Assembly (NCBI GenBank): GCA_019637105.1
Contig: JAHBWF010000005.1
Location: 29,611-93,610, forward strand
DNA from: Labilithrix sp.
GTDB lineage: Bacteria > Myxococcota_A > Polyangia > Polyangiales > Polyangiaceae
Reading direction: 5' to 3'
Length of the DNA: 64,000 nt
Shown: piece by piece, positions 34,083 to 42,636 of the stretch
How the letters are laid out: the number at the start of each line of letters is the position of its first letter
Numbering within the stretch: position 1 is the first letter of the stretch
Notes under the pieces: model-generated
What the model was told of the DNA's origin: nothing
Database searches by the model: none
What the model saw: the letters and a program-made list of their open reading frames with translations, nothing else
Position numbers and translations under genes: made by a program

Positions 34083-36809
34083 GTGTCCGACCGCCCTTCC
34101 CGCCCTCCTTCCCGCCCGCGGATGAGCTCCGACGCGCCGGGCGTTCCCAGGAACGTGCGCGTGAAGAAGCCCTCCGAGGACCTCGCCTTCGCCGATACCG
34201 TCACCGACTTCGCGGCGCGCTCCGGCGCACGGGGCCGACCGGGAGACGACGCCGAGGACGCCGAGGCCGGCGCGCGCGCGAAGGACACGCGACCGACGCT
34301 CCGCGAGCAGCTCCTCGAGGCCGAGCCCGTGGGGCGCGAGGCGTCGCGCGCGCGGCGGATCCTGCGCGGCGTCGAGAAGTGGGGCCTCCGCCTCGCGATC
34401 GCCGCGCTCGTCCTCTCCGCGCTGGCCGTCCTCGCGGGCTGGCTGCTCGTCCGCCACTACGAGGAGGGGCTGCCGAGCGTCGCCGAGCTCGAGCGCGGCT
34501 ACCGCCCGTCGCAGGTCACCCGGGTCCTCGCGCGCGACGGGACGACGATCGCCGAGCTCTTCACCGAGCGCCGGACCATCGTGCGCGTCGAGGAGCTGCC
34601 GCGCCACGTGACCACGGCGTTCATCGCCGCCGAGGACGCCAGCTTCTACGAGCACGAGGGCATCAACTACCTCGGCATCGCGCGCGCCGCCGTCGTGAAC
34701 CTCCGCGCCGGCCGGACGCGCCAGGGCGGCTCGACGATCACGCAGCAGGTCGTGAAGAACATCCTGCTCGAGTCGAACGAGCGGACCTACCGCCGCAAGA
34801 TGCGCGAGGCGCTGCTCGCGCGCCGCCTCGAGCAGGAGCTCTGCCCGTCGTGCGGCAACGACCAGCAGGGACGCGACAAGCGGAAGGACAAGATCCTCGA
34901 GCTCTATCTCAACCACATCTACCTCGGGCACGGCCGCTACGGCATCGAGGAGACCGCCGAGGACTGCTTCGGCAAGCCGGCGAGCAAGCTCACGATCGCC
35001 GAGGCGGCGATGCTCGCCGGCGTCCCCGCGGCCCCGGAGGCCTACAACCCCAAGCGCGACCTCACGAAGGCGCTCGCGCGGCGCGCGTTCGTGCTCGATC
35101 AGATGCGCGCCAAGCACTTCATCAACGACGCCGAGTACGAGGCGGCGAAGAACGAGGCCGTGCGGCTCGCCGCGACGCGCGAGGTCGACAGCGAGCTCGC
35201 CCCCGAGGCGGTGCAGATCGCGAAGAAGCTCCTCCTCGAGCTCGAGCCCGAGCGCGGGCCGCGCGGCGGCTTCACGATCACGACGACGATCGATCCGGCG
35301 CTCCAGCAGGCCGCGCGCAAGGCGCTGCGCGACAACCTCGGCGCGTACGACAAGCGGCACGGGCTGCTCGCGCCCATCAAGTCGTCCGCCGTCGCGCAGA
35401 AGGGCAAGGCGAAGCCGCCGAAGGACGCCCCGCCGTTCGAGGGAACGCCGAAGTTCGAGTCGCACAAGGTCCTCACCGGCGTCGTCACCAGCACCGACGA
35501 CGTCGCCGGGACCATCGACGTCCGCGTCGGGACCGTGCTCGGGTCGGTGAAGCTCTCCGACTACAAGCGCTACAACCCGCAGAACCTCCCGCCGAGCCAG
35601 TTCGCGGAGGTCGGCGCGCGCGTGCGCGTGAGCCTGCTCGCGCCGATCCCGAACGCCGTCGCGCAGGTCTCGCCCTCGGCCGAGAACGCGCCCGTCGCGA
35701 AGGTGCCGCTCCGCCTCGAGCTCGGTCCGGAGTCCGCGATCGTCGTGCTCGACGTCCGGACGCGCCACGTGCTCGCGATCGCCGGCAGCTACGAGGCGCA
35801 GAGCGGCGGGCTCGACCGCGCGACGCAGTCGCGACGCCAGCCGGGCTCGACCTTCAAGCCGATCGTCTACTCGTACGCGCTGCACTCGCGGCGCTACACG
35901 CCCGCCACGCTCGTCGACGTCACCCCGCGCGCCTACGCCGGCGGCTACAAGCCGGTGAACTACGAGGGCTGGACGGCGCCCGATCCGCTGCGTCTCCGCG
36001 AGGCGCTCGCGAACTCGGTCAACGTCGCGGCCGTCAACGTCCTCGAGGACGTCGGGCCGGCGAACGTCGTCGACTGGGCGAAGGCGCTCGGGATCGACTC
36101 GACGATGAAGCCCGATCTGTCGCTCGCGCTCGGCTCGTACGAGGTGCGTCCGATCGAGCTCGCCGGCGCCTACGCCACGTTCGCGGCCGGCGGCGTGTAC
36201 GAGGAGCCCCGCGTCGTGACGCGCATCGTGGGCCCGGACGGAAAGGACGTCGAGCTCAAGCCGGCGCCGCCGCCGCGCCGCGTGCTCGAGCCCGCCGAGG
36301 CCTTCTTGATCACGAGCATGCTCGAGAGCGTCGTCGACCGCGGGACGGGGCAGAAGGCGAAGTCGCTCGGGCGCCGCGTCGCCGGAAAGACGGGGACGAG
36401 CAACGAGGCCAAGGACACCTGGTTCGCCGGCTTCTCCCCGGAGATCGCGGCCGTCGCGTGGGTCGGCTACGACGACGCCAAGCCGCTCGGCTCGACCGAG
36501 ACGGGCGGCTCCACCGCCCTGCCGGCGTGGATCGCGGTGATGGACGCGGCGCACAAAGGCAAGCCGCGGGCCGAGTTCGCGCGTCCGCCCGGCGTCTCCA
36601 CCGTCGCGATCGACCCGAAGAGCGGCAAGCTGAAGGCGGAGGGCGCGGAAGGCGATACGATCGACGAGGTGTTCCTCGTGGGGACGGAGCCGACCGAGAC
36701 CGCCGAGCCGCCGCCCGCGGAGCCGGAGGCGGACGCCGCGGCGACGACGAGCCTCGCGCCCGAGGCCCCGCCGCCGCTGCCCGCGGCCGACGCGGGTGTC
36801 GACCCTTGA
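34083..36809 (+). CDS. mrcA: Class A penicillin-binding protein PBP1A (GT51 + OB-like insert + transpeptidase)
   Basis: AEDASFYEH, QGGSTITQQVVKN, RKMRE, ELYLN; transpeptidase SxxK (GSTFK), SxN (SVN) and KTG. Start set at GTG 34083, 9 nt after TATGCT; ATG 34122 is an alternative. Confidence 0.95.
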   Translation: MSDRPSRPPSRPRMSSDAPGVPRNVRVKKPSEDLAFADTVTDFAARSGARGRPGDDAEDAEAGARAKDTRPTLREQLLEAEPVGREASRARRILRGVEKWGLRLAIAALVLSALAVLAGWLLVRHYEEGLPSVAELERGYRPSQVTRVLARDGTTIAELFTERRTIVRVEELPRHVTTAFIAAEDASFYEHEGINYLGIARAAVVNLRAGRTRQGGSTITQQVVKNILLESNERTYRRKMREALLARRLEQELCPSCGNDQQGRDKRKDKILELYLNHIYLGHGRYGIEETAEDCFGKPASKLTIAEAAMLAGVPAAPEAYNPKRDLTKALARRAFVLDQMRAKHFINDAEYEAAKNEAVRLAATREVDSELAPEAVQIAKKLLLELEPERGPRGGFTITTTIDPALQQAARKALRDNLGAYDKRHGLLAPIKSSAVAQKGKAKPPKDAPPFEGTPKFESHKVLTGVVTSTDDVAGTIDVRVGTVLGSVKLSDYKRYNPQNLPPSQFAEVGARVRVSLLAPIPNAVAQVSPSAENAPVAKVPLRLELGPESAIVVLDVRTRHVLAIAGSYEAQSGGLDRATQSRRQPGSTFKPIVYSYALHSRRYTPATLVDVTPRAYAGGYKPVNYEGWTAPDPLRLREALANSVNVAAVNVLEDVGPANVVDWAKALGIDSTMKPDLSLALGSYEVRPIELAGAYATFAAGGVYEEPRVVTRIVGPDGKDVELKPAPPPRRVLEPAEAFLITSMLESVVDRGTGQKAKSLGRRVAGKTGTSNEAKDTWFAGFSPEIAAVAWVGYDDAKPLGSTETGGSTALPAWIAVMDAAHKGKPRAEFARPPGVSTVAIDPKSGKLKAEGAEGDTIDEVFLVGTEPTETAEPPPAEPEADAAATTSLAPEAPPPLPAADAGVDP

Positions 36810-38218
36810 CCCCGGCGCGAGCGCTCGCCCTCACGCTGGGGACGCTCGCGCTCGGGCTCGCCCCGCTCGCGCTCGCCGAGCCCGCGCCCGCCAAGCCTCC
36901 CGCGAAGCCGCCCGCGTCCGCGCCCCCTCCCGCGCCCCCGCCGCCGCCGGTCCACGCGAGCGCGATCGTCCACATCGCGACCGAGATCGCGAAGGGCCTC
37001 GGCGACGTGCCGCCGGGCGCGCTCGTCGCCGTCTCGCCGCTCGTCTCCGACGTCCCGGCGCCGAAGGCCGACGAGCTCGTCGTCCGCGTCGGCGCGCAGA
37101 TCGCCGGGCGCCTCGGCGTGGCGCAGGCGCACCCGCAGCCGGCCACCCTCGCCGCCGCGCGCGGCGTGTCGGGCCGGGCGGCGTCGCTCGTCTACGTGCA
37201 GCTCGAGATCGCGAAGGGCGAGCTCCGCGCGACCGCCGATCTCTACCCGGTGGTCTCGAACGGGTGGGAGCGCCTCAGGAACCCCGCGCCCGGTCCGCGC
37301 GCGCACGCGTTCGCCGGCGCGCCGCTCGACGCCGAGGTCCGGACGTTCCTGCAGCCGATCGTCCTCGAGCAGGCGAAGCTGCACAAGGCGAAGCACGAAG
37401 AGACCGACGTGCTCGCGATCGGCTGCGGCGACGTCGACTCGGACGGCGGCAACGAGATCATCCTCGCGACGCGCGCGCGGGTCGTGATGGGCAAGCTCCG
37501 CGGCGGCAAGCTCGCCGTCTACCGCGCGACGCCGTGGACCGAGCTCGCGTCGCGGGTGCCGGTGCCGATGCGCGAGCCGATCGCGAGCGTCGTCGTCCCG
37601 CGCGGCCACCGCGGCGAGCTGCTCGTCGGGATGACCGATCGCGGCGCGGTCGCGGTCGACGCGGCGCTCGTCACGCGCCGCCAGCTCACCGGCCTGCCGA
37701 TCCCCGGCGCGGACGGCGACGCGTGCGCCGCCGCGAGCCCGGAGGTCGGCGCGTTCGAGGGCAGCGGCGTCGCGTGCGCGCCGCCGGCGAAGGGCGAGCC
37801 GGCGCCCGTCCTCCCGCTCCCCGCGGCGCGCTTCGACGCGGTCGCGTCGCTCGACCTCGTCGGGAAGGACGGCGCGATCACGCAGGTCGTCGCGGCGCGC
37901 GAGCCGACGGGCAAGGTCCGGCTCCGCCGGAGCGACGCGAGCGGCAAATCGATGGAGGCGCCGATCGACGGCGCCGGGGCGCAGATCGCGCTGGCCGATC
38001 TCGACCTCGACGGCACCCCCGAGATCGCCTTCAGCGGCGACAACGCCGAGACCGACGTCGTCGCGGTCTGGAGCTGGCGCGCGGGGAGCGGGCTCGTCCA
38101 GCGCCTCCGCTACCCGACGAAGGAGCCGGTCCGCGCGATCGCCGCGTGCCCGCCGGAAGAGAAGGGCCTGCCCGCGCTCGTCGCCGTCGTCGGCGGCGAG
38201 GTGTGGCTCGTTCGCTGA
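36806..38218 (+). CDS. Secreted protein with FG-GAP/DxDxDG-type repeats
   Basis: TTG start overlaps the PBP1A stop (TTGA). Sec signal (ALALTLGTLALGLAPLALA), Pro-rich linker, GDVDSDGGNEI and ADLDLDGTPEI motifs. It is the 3' part of track ORF 33980..38218. Confidence 0.75.
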   Translation: MTPARALALTLGTLALGLAPLALAEPAPAKPPAKPPASAPPPAPPPPPVHASAIVHIATEIAKGLGDVPPGALVAVSPLVSDVPAPKADELVVRVGAQIAGRLGVAQAHPQPATLAAARGVSGRAASLVYVQLEIAKGELRATADLYPVVSNGWERLRNPAPGPRAHAFAGAPLDAEVRTFLQPIVLEQAKLHKAKHEETDVLAIGCGDVDSDGGNEIILATRARVVMGKLRGGKLAVYRATPWTELASRVPVPMREPIASVVVPRGHRGELLVGMTDRGAVAVDAALVTRRQLTGLPIPGADGDACAAASPEVGAFEGSGVACAPPAKGEPAPVLPLPAARFDAVASLDLVGKDGAITQVVAAREPTGKVRLRRSDASGKSMEAPIDGAGAQIALADLDLDGTPEIAFSGDNAETDVVAVWSWRAGSGLVQRLRYPTKEPVRAIAACPPEEKGLPALVAVVGGEVWLVR

Positions 38219-39543
38219 TGAAGCGGCGCGCGTTCCTCGCAGGCCTGGTCGCCGCGTCGGTCGCGCCGCGCGCCTCCGCCCGCGGGCGCGTCCCCGTCGG
38301 CGGCCGCGTCGCGATGCGCCTGCCGTGGCCGATCGGCGCGATCGATCCGCACCGCATCGACGATCCGCTCGCGGCGATCTTCGGCGAGGCGCTCTTCGAC
38401 ACGCTCTACGCGCAGGCGCCCGACGGGCAGATCGTCCCGTCGCTCGCCGAGGCCCAGCCCGAGCACGACGGCGCCAACCTCCGGGTGAAGCTGCGCGCGG
38501 GCCTGCGCACGGCGAGGGACCGACCGTTCGGGACCAAGGAGGCCGCGCAGTCGATCGCGCGCGCGCGCGCGTCGGGCGGTCGAGGGTGGCTCGCCGACAT
38601 CCCCGCCCCGCGCGACGACGGACGCGCGCTCGTCTTCGCCACCAAGGACGCGGCGCGGCTGACGCGCGCGCTCGCCTCGCCCATCGTCGCGATGGTCCCG
38701 TCCGGCTTCAGCCCGGACGCGCCCGACGGCACGGGGCCGTTCCGCTTCGGCGCGCGCGACGGCGCCCTCCTGCTCACGCGCAACCGCCTCGCGGCGCGCG
38801 GCCCGGCGTTCCTCGACGAGGTCGCCGTCCGCGCCGCGCCGAACGTCTCGGCCTCGCTCCTCGCGTTCGAGGGCGGCTCGGACGACGTCGGCTGGTTCGA
38901 GCGCGGTCTGCACGCCGTCCGCGCCGGCTCGAAGGCGTTCGACCACGGCGCGGTCGGCTGGGTCGTCCTCTTCACGGGCCGCGACGCCACCGCCTGGGAC
39001 GGCCCCGGGATCGCGCAGAGCGTCGCCGACGGCGTCCCCTACTCGCGGGTCGCGAACCTCCACCTCGGCGCGCCGTGGCCGGAGACGCCGGTTCAAGGGT
39101 GGGGCGGCCCGCCGGTGACGCTGATCGTGCGCGAGGACGCGCCGTGGATGATCGACGTCGCCAACGCGATCGCCGCGACGATCACGCGCCCGGGTCACGA
39201 GGTCACGGTGAAGCCCGTCTCCGGCGCCGACCTCGCGTCGCGCCGCGCGTCGCGCATGTTCGGCCTCGCCCTCGACGTCGTCCGGAGCGTCGGCAGCGGG
39301 AGCCTCGGCGCGATGGTCGCCCTGGCGACGGCGGACAACCCGACCCGCGCGCAGGAGATCATGCAGCACCCGCCGAAGCTCGGCGACGTCTCGGCGCGCA
39401 CGCTCACGCGGACGTTCCGCGCCGGCGTCATCGGCGAGATCCGCGTCGTGGGCGGGCGCGTCCCCGACCTCGTCCTCGCCCCGTCGGGCAACGGGTTCGG
39501 CTTCGACCTCGGCGCCTCCTACCGCGGCGCGAAGCGAGCGTGA
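38218..39543 (+). CDS. TAT-exported solute-binding protein, family 5-like (orphan)
   Basis: TGATG overlap with the upstream gene; MKRRAFLAG twin-arginine signal; IDPH...LFDTLY...IVPSLAE...LRAGL...PDGTGPFRF pattern of SBP_bac_5. Confidence 0.75.
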   Translation: MKRRAFLAGLVAASVAPRASARGRVPVGGRVAMRLPWPIGAIDPHRIDDPLAAIFGEALFDTLYAQAPDGQIVPSLAEAQPEHDGANLRVKLRAGLRTARDRPFGTKEAAQSIARARASGGRGWLADIPAPRDDGRALVFATKDAARLTRALASPIVAMVPSGFSPDAPDGTGPFRFGARDGALLLTRNRLAARGPAFLDEVAVRAAPNVSASLLAFEGGSDDVGWFERGLHAVRAGSKAFDHGAVGWVVLFTGRDATAWDGPGIAQSVADGVPYSRVANLHLGAPWPETPVQGWGGPPVTLIVREDAPWMIDVANAIAATITRPGHEVTVKPVSGADLASRRASRMFGLALDVVRSVGSGSLGAMVALATADNPTRAQEIMQHPPKLGDVSARTLTRTFRAGVIGEIRVVGGRVPDLVLAPSGNGFGFDLGASYRGAKRA

Positions 39544-39606
39544 CCGCGCCGACGCCGCAGCGCCTTCGGCGGCGACGACGACCGAATCCGCGCGGCCCCA
39601 CAGCAC

Positions 39607-39638
39607 GAAACGGAGCCGGGAGGTCCCGACTCCGTTTC
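39607..39638. terminator. Bidirectional terminator-like hairpin between convergent genes
   Basis: GAAACGGAG-C-CGGG-AGGT-CCCG-A-CTCCGTTTC stem-loop between the SBP gene and rplT. Confidence 0.6.
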
Positions 39639-39656
39639 CAGGGCGCGCGTCGGAGA

Positions 39657-40004
39657 CTAGCGCTTCGCGGCGGCGACGACCTTCGAGAAGGCCGCGGCGT
39701 CGACGATGGCGAGCTCGCTCAGGATCTTGCGGTCCAGGCCGATGTTCGCGCCCTTGAGGCCGTGCATCAGGCGCGAGTACGACGTGCCGTTGGTGCGCGC
39801 GGCGGCGTTGATGCGCGTGATCCAGAGGCGGCGGAAGTCGCGCTTCTTGCGGCGGCGGTGGGCGTAGGCGTAGACCCACGCCTTCATCACCACCTCTTTC
39901 GCGTACGCGAAGAGGCGCGAGCGGGCGCTGTGATAGCCCGAGGCGTGCTTCAGGATGCGGTTCTTGCGGCGGCGAGCTTTGAATCCACGTTTTGCGCGGG
40001 GCAT
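39657..40004 (-). CDS. rplT: 50S ribosomal protein L20
   Basis: MPRAKRG...[25 protein letters not shown]...[10 protein letters not shown]. Confidence 0.99.
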   Translation of the reverse strand: MPRAKRGFKARRRKNRILKHASGYHSARSRLFAYAKEVVMKAWVYAYAHRRRKKRDFRRLWITRINAAARTNGTSYSRLMHGLKGANIGLDRKILSELAIVDAAAFSKVVAAAKR

Positions 40005-40057
40005 GGTCGGTTCCCTTTCGAGTCAGTTCGGATGAGCGGCGGCGGTGGGGCGGCGGC

Positions 40058-40255
40058 TCAGTCGTAGGGGAGGAGACGCTTGATCTTCTTCTCGAGCGTC
40101 TTCGGGACCATGTCGTTGTTGCGCAGGCGGCGGAGGCGCTTGCGGCTCTTGTTGATGAGGCCGTGGTTGCCGCCCGCCTTGGGACGGCGAACGCGGCCCG
40201 ACCCGCTCACCTTGAACCGCTTTGCCGCGGTCTTGTTCGTCTTCATCTTCGGCAT
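40058..40255 (-). CDS. rpmI: 50S ribosomal protein L35
   Basis: MPKMKTNKTAAKRFKVSGSG...LLPY, with SD-like AAAGAGG upstream. Confidence 0.98.
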   Translation of the reverse strand: MPKMKTNKTAAKRFKVSGSGRVRRPKAGGNHGLINKSRKRLRRLRNNDMVPKTLEKKIKRLLPYD

Positions 40256-40364
40256 GACGCGCCTCTTTCTACCGCTCCCCTGGGCCGCCCGCCCTCCCGT
40301 GTTTCCTTGGAAAGCCGAGCTGTTGTGGGACGTATCGCCTGGGGGATGCGAAACGGGGAGGCGC

Positions 40365-40393
40365 GTTATGCCGAATCGGCCTGGCCATGTCAA
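40365..40393 (-). promoter_or_regulatory. Sigma70-type promoter of rpmI-rplT
   Basis: Minus strand TTGACA-17 nt-CATAAC, about 110 nt upstream of rpmI. Confidence 0.8.
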
Positions 40394-40514
40394 GACGAGC
40401 CCGCGGAACCCCGAGGGATCCCGCCCGCTTTCGCGCCCGGCCCGGCGCTCGGCGTGAGCGCTCGATCGCGCGCCACGCCGGAGCTTCCGCGCGTTTTCGA
40501 CGCGCGCGGACGCC

Positions 40515-41036
40515 TCAGTGGCGTTGCGACACGGGCGTGGCGCCTTCGGCGGCGGCCTTCACGCGACCGTGCTGGCTCTCGACCATCACGGGCTCGTGCC
40601 GCTTGAAGAGCGCGCGCGCGGCCTCGAACGCGTACCGCAAGCCGCGGGCGCCGGTGTTGTCCCAGAACTCGGCGTCGGTCACGGTCACGCGGATCAGCAC
40701 GAGCTTCGGATCGTCCTTGCCTTCGGGGAACCAGACCCTCCACGTCGGCTTCCAGAGCTCGTGGATCTTCGCGCGATCCTCGACGAGCTCGGCGGTGCCG
40801 CTGAGCGCCACGAACTTCCGGCTCGACTGGAAGGTCGCCGAGACGCGCCCGTCGCGGCGGATCTCCTCCGACTTGGGCGCGGCCTGCGAGGTCGCGAACC
40901 AGAGCGTGTTCGCGCCCTCGATCGCGGCGACCGCCATCGGACGCGCGTGCTCGCGATCGCCGTGACGTGTGATGAGCATCGCCGTGTCGAACGACTCCAG
41001 GAGCTCTTTCAGATGCTGCTTCGTGCTCTCACCCAT
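40515..41036 (-). CDS. Pyridoxamine 5'-phosphate oxidase-like general stress protein (split-barrel FMN-binding)
   Basis: TAMLIT...HARPMAV...LWFAT...KSEEIRRDGRVSATF...FVALSGTA...WFPEGKDDPKLVLIRV...AEFWD. Confidence 0.9.
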   Translation of the reverse strand: MGESTKQHLKELLESFDTAMLITRHGDREHARPMAVAAIEGANTLWFATSQAAPKSEEIRRDGRVSATFQSSRKFVALSGTAELVEDRAKIHELWKPTWRVWFPEGKDDPKLVLIRVTVTDAEFWDNTGARGLRYAFEAARALFKRHEPVMVESQHGRVKAAAEGATPVSQRH

Positions 41037-41184
41037 GAGGTACCTCGCTGCGCGGTGCGGGGAGCGCCCGCTGCTCGACGCGCGTGTTGCGAGAGGCGTG
41101 CCGTCAGGCGCGAGCTCTACCTTCCTCTTCGCGCGCGGCGGCCCGGGCGCCGCCCGACCGCCGCGAGGGACGGCCGACGCGCGA

Positions 41185-41437
41185 TCAGGGCGTGACCGCC
41201 TCGTGGCCCTGGTCGACGCACTGCTCGACGAACGCGTCGATGCCGGGCCCCGGCGACCCGTAGAACCATGCCACCTGACACGTGCTGCCGTCGCGCGTGA
41301 CGCAGCCGGCGCCCGCCCCCTCCCGAAGACACGGCGACGCCGCGTAGGTGTACGTGAGGCCGCCCACCGACTGCCCTTCGCACGCCTCCTTCGCCTTCGG
41401 ATCGCCGACGCCGCTCTCGACGCACTCGTGAGCTCAT
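41185..41437 (-). pseudogene. Frameshifted or 5'-truncated small Cys-rich gene
   Basis: Open frame 41433..41185 encodes AHECVES...C...C...C...CQVAWFY...C (6 Cys) but is preceded by an in-frame TGA. The ATG at 41437, with TAGCGT 7 nt upstream, is out of frame by 1 nt. Confidence 0.5.
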
Positions 41438-41639
41438 GATCGTGACGCTATGGAGCCCTCGCGGCGCTCGACATCGCCCGAACGTCGGACACGCCGGCCC
41501 GCGGCGTAGCGCCGATCGCGCCAGGTTGGCGCTTCGTGGTCCACGATCGAGGTCCCCGGCCGCCCGCCGACGCCGGGAGCACCGCAAAACACGCACGGCA
41601 CGACGGTTGCGTCGTCGCCGAGCGCTCAGGAGATCCTTC

Positions 41640-42518
41640 ATGACCTCGACGCTCGCCCTCGTTCGACCGCTGCCCCTCGCCTGCGCCGCGCTCTGGCTCG
41701 CCGCGTGCGCCACGTCGACGATCGACGACCGGATCGGCGTCGATCCGAACGGCGGCTCGGGCACCGGGAGCGGCGCGAGCCAGGCGTGCCTCGACTTCTG
41801 CGGGCGGCTCGGCGGCGCGTGCGGCGCGCGCTGCGACCACGGGTGCACCCAGGAGGCCTGCGGCTCGGTCGATACGTCGAAGGAGCTGATCGGGCTATCG
41901 TGCACGGACGACAGCCTCACCTTCTACTTTCGCGAGGGCGGCAGCTCCGGCTGCGGGATCCCCGGCGGGAGCTCGTCCCCCGCCCGCCCGCCGCGCGGCT
42001 CGGCGGCGGACGCGAAGCGCGCCTTCCTCACGAGCGTGACGTACAACGCGAACCTGCAGCGGGGCGGCGGCGCGTCGAGCGGGCTCGCGGGCGCCGACAA
42101 GCTTTGCCACGAGGTCGCCGCCTCGGCGGAGCTCGGCGGGACCTGGCGCGCCTGGCTGAGCGACTCGTCGACCGACGCCATCGATCGCATCGAAGACGCG
42201 TCGCCCTGGTACAACACGGATCGAAGCGCCGTCTTGTTCCCGAACAAGGCGTCGCTCGGCACGAAGCCTTACGACACGTTCGGACCGCTGCTCCTCGACG
42301 AGCGCGGCGCGCGCTTCGCGCCGGGCGCCAGGATGTACGCGTGGACCGGCACCGAAGGCGGCGGACGCGGCTCGCAGTACACCTGCACGGACTGGACGAG
42401 CGAGAGCTTCACGGAGTTCGGCGAGTACGTCACCGCGTCGTACGCCGCCGGCTGGAACAACGGGACGATCCAGGAGTGCGGCGGCAAGGCGGCGCTCTTC
42501 TGCCTCGAGCAGCCGTAG
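41640..42518 (+). CDS. Cys-rich lipoprotein with C-terminal DUF1554/endostatin-like (CTLD-type) domain
   Basis: SD AGGAGA; lipobox LAAC; AFLTSVTYNANL...GLAGADKLC...GTWRAWLSD...WTGT...CTDWTS...C...ALFCLEQ. Confidence 0.8.
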   Translation: MTSTLALVRPLPLACAALWLAACATSTIDDRIGVDPNGGSGTGSGASQACLDFCGRLGGACGARCDHGCTQEACGSVDTSKELIGLSCTDDSLTFYFREGGSSGCGIPGGSSSPARPPRGSAADAKRAFLTSVTYNANLQRGGGASSGLAGADKLCHEVAASAELGGTWRAWLSDSSTDAIDRIEDASPWYNTDRSAVLFPNKASLGTKPYDTFGPLLLDERGARFAPGARMYAWTGTEGGGRGSQYTCTDWTSESFTEFGEYVTASYAAGWNNGTIQECGGKAALFCLEQP

Positions 42519-42636
42519 CCCGAGGGGCGGCGAGCTTCGGCCGCGCGGACGAGCCGGCGCCGGACGGTCCGGCCGCGCGTCGCCGGCGGCGCGAGGAACG
42601 GCTTGCCGCTGCCGGCCCGCACTCTATGTTGCCGGC

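Noticed and set aside
33980-36805. 5' two-thirds of the 1412-aa track ORF 33980..38218
   Set aside because: Out-of-frame overlap with PBP1A. Only the part from TTG 36806 has a signal peptide and normal composition.
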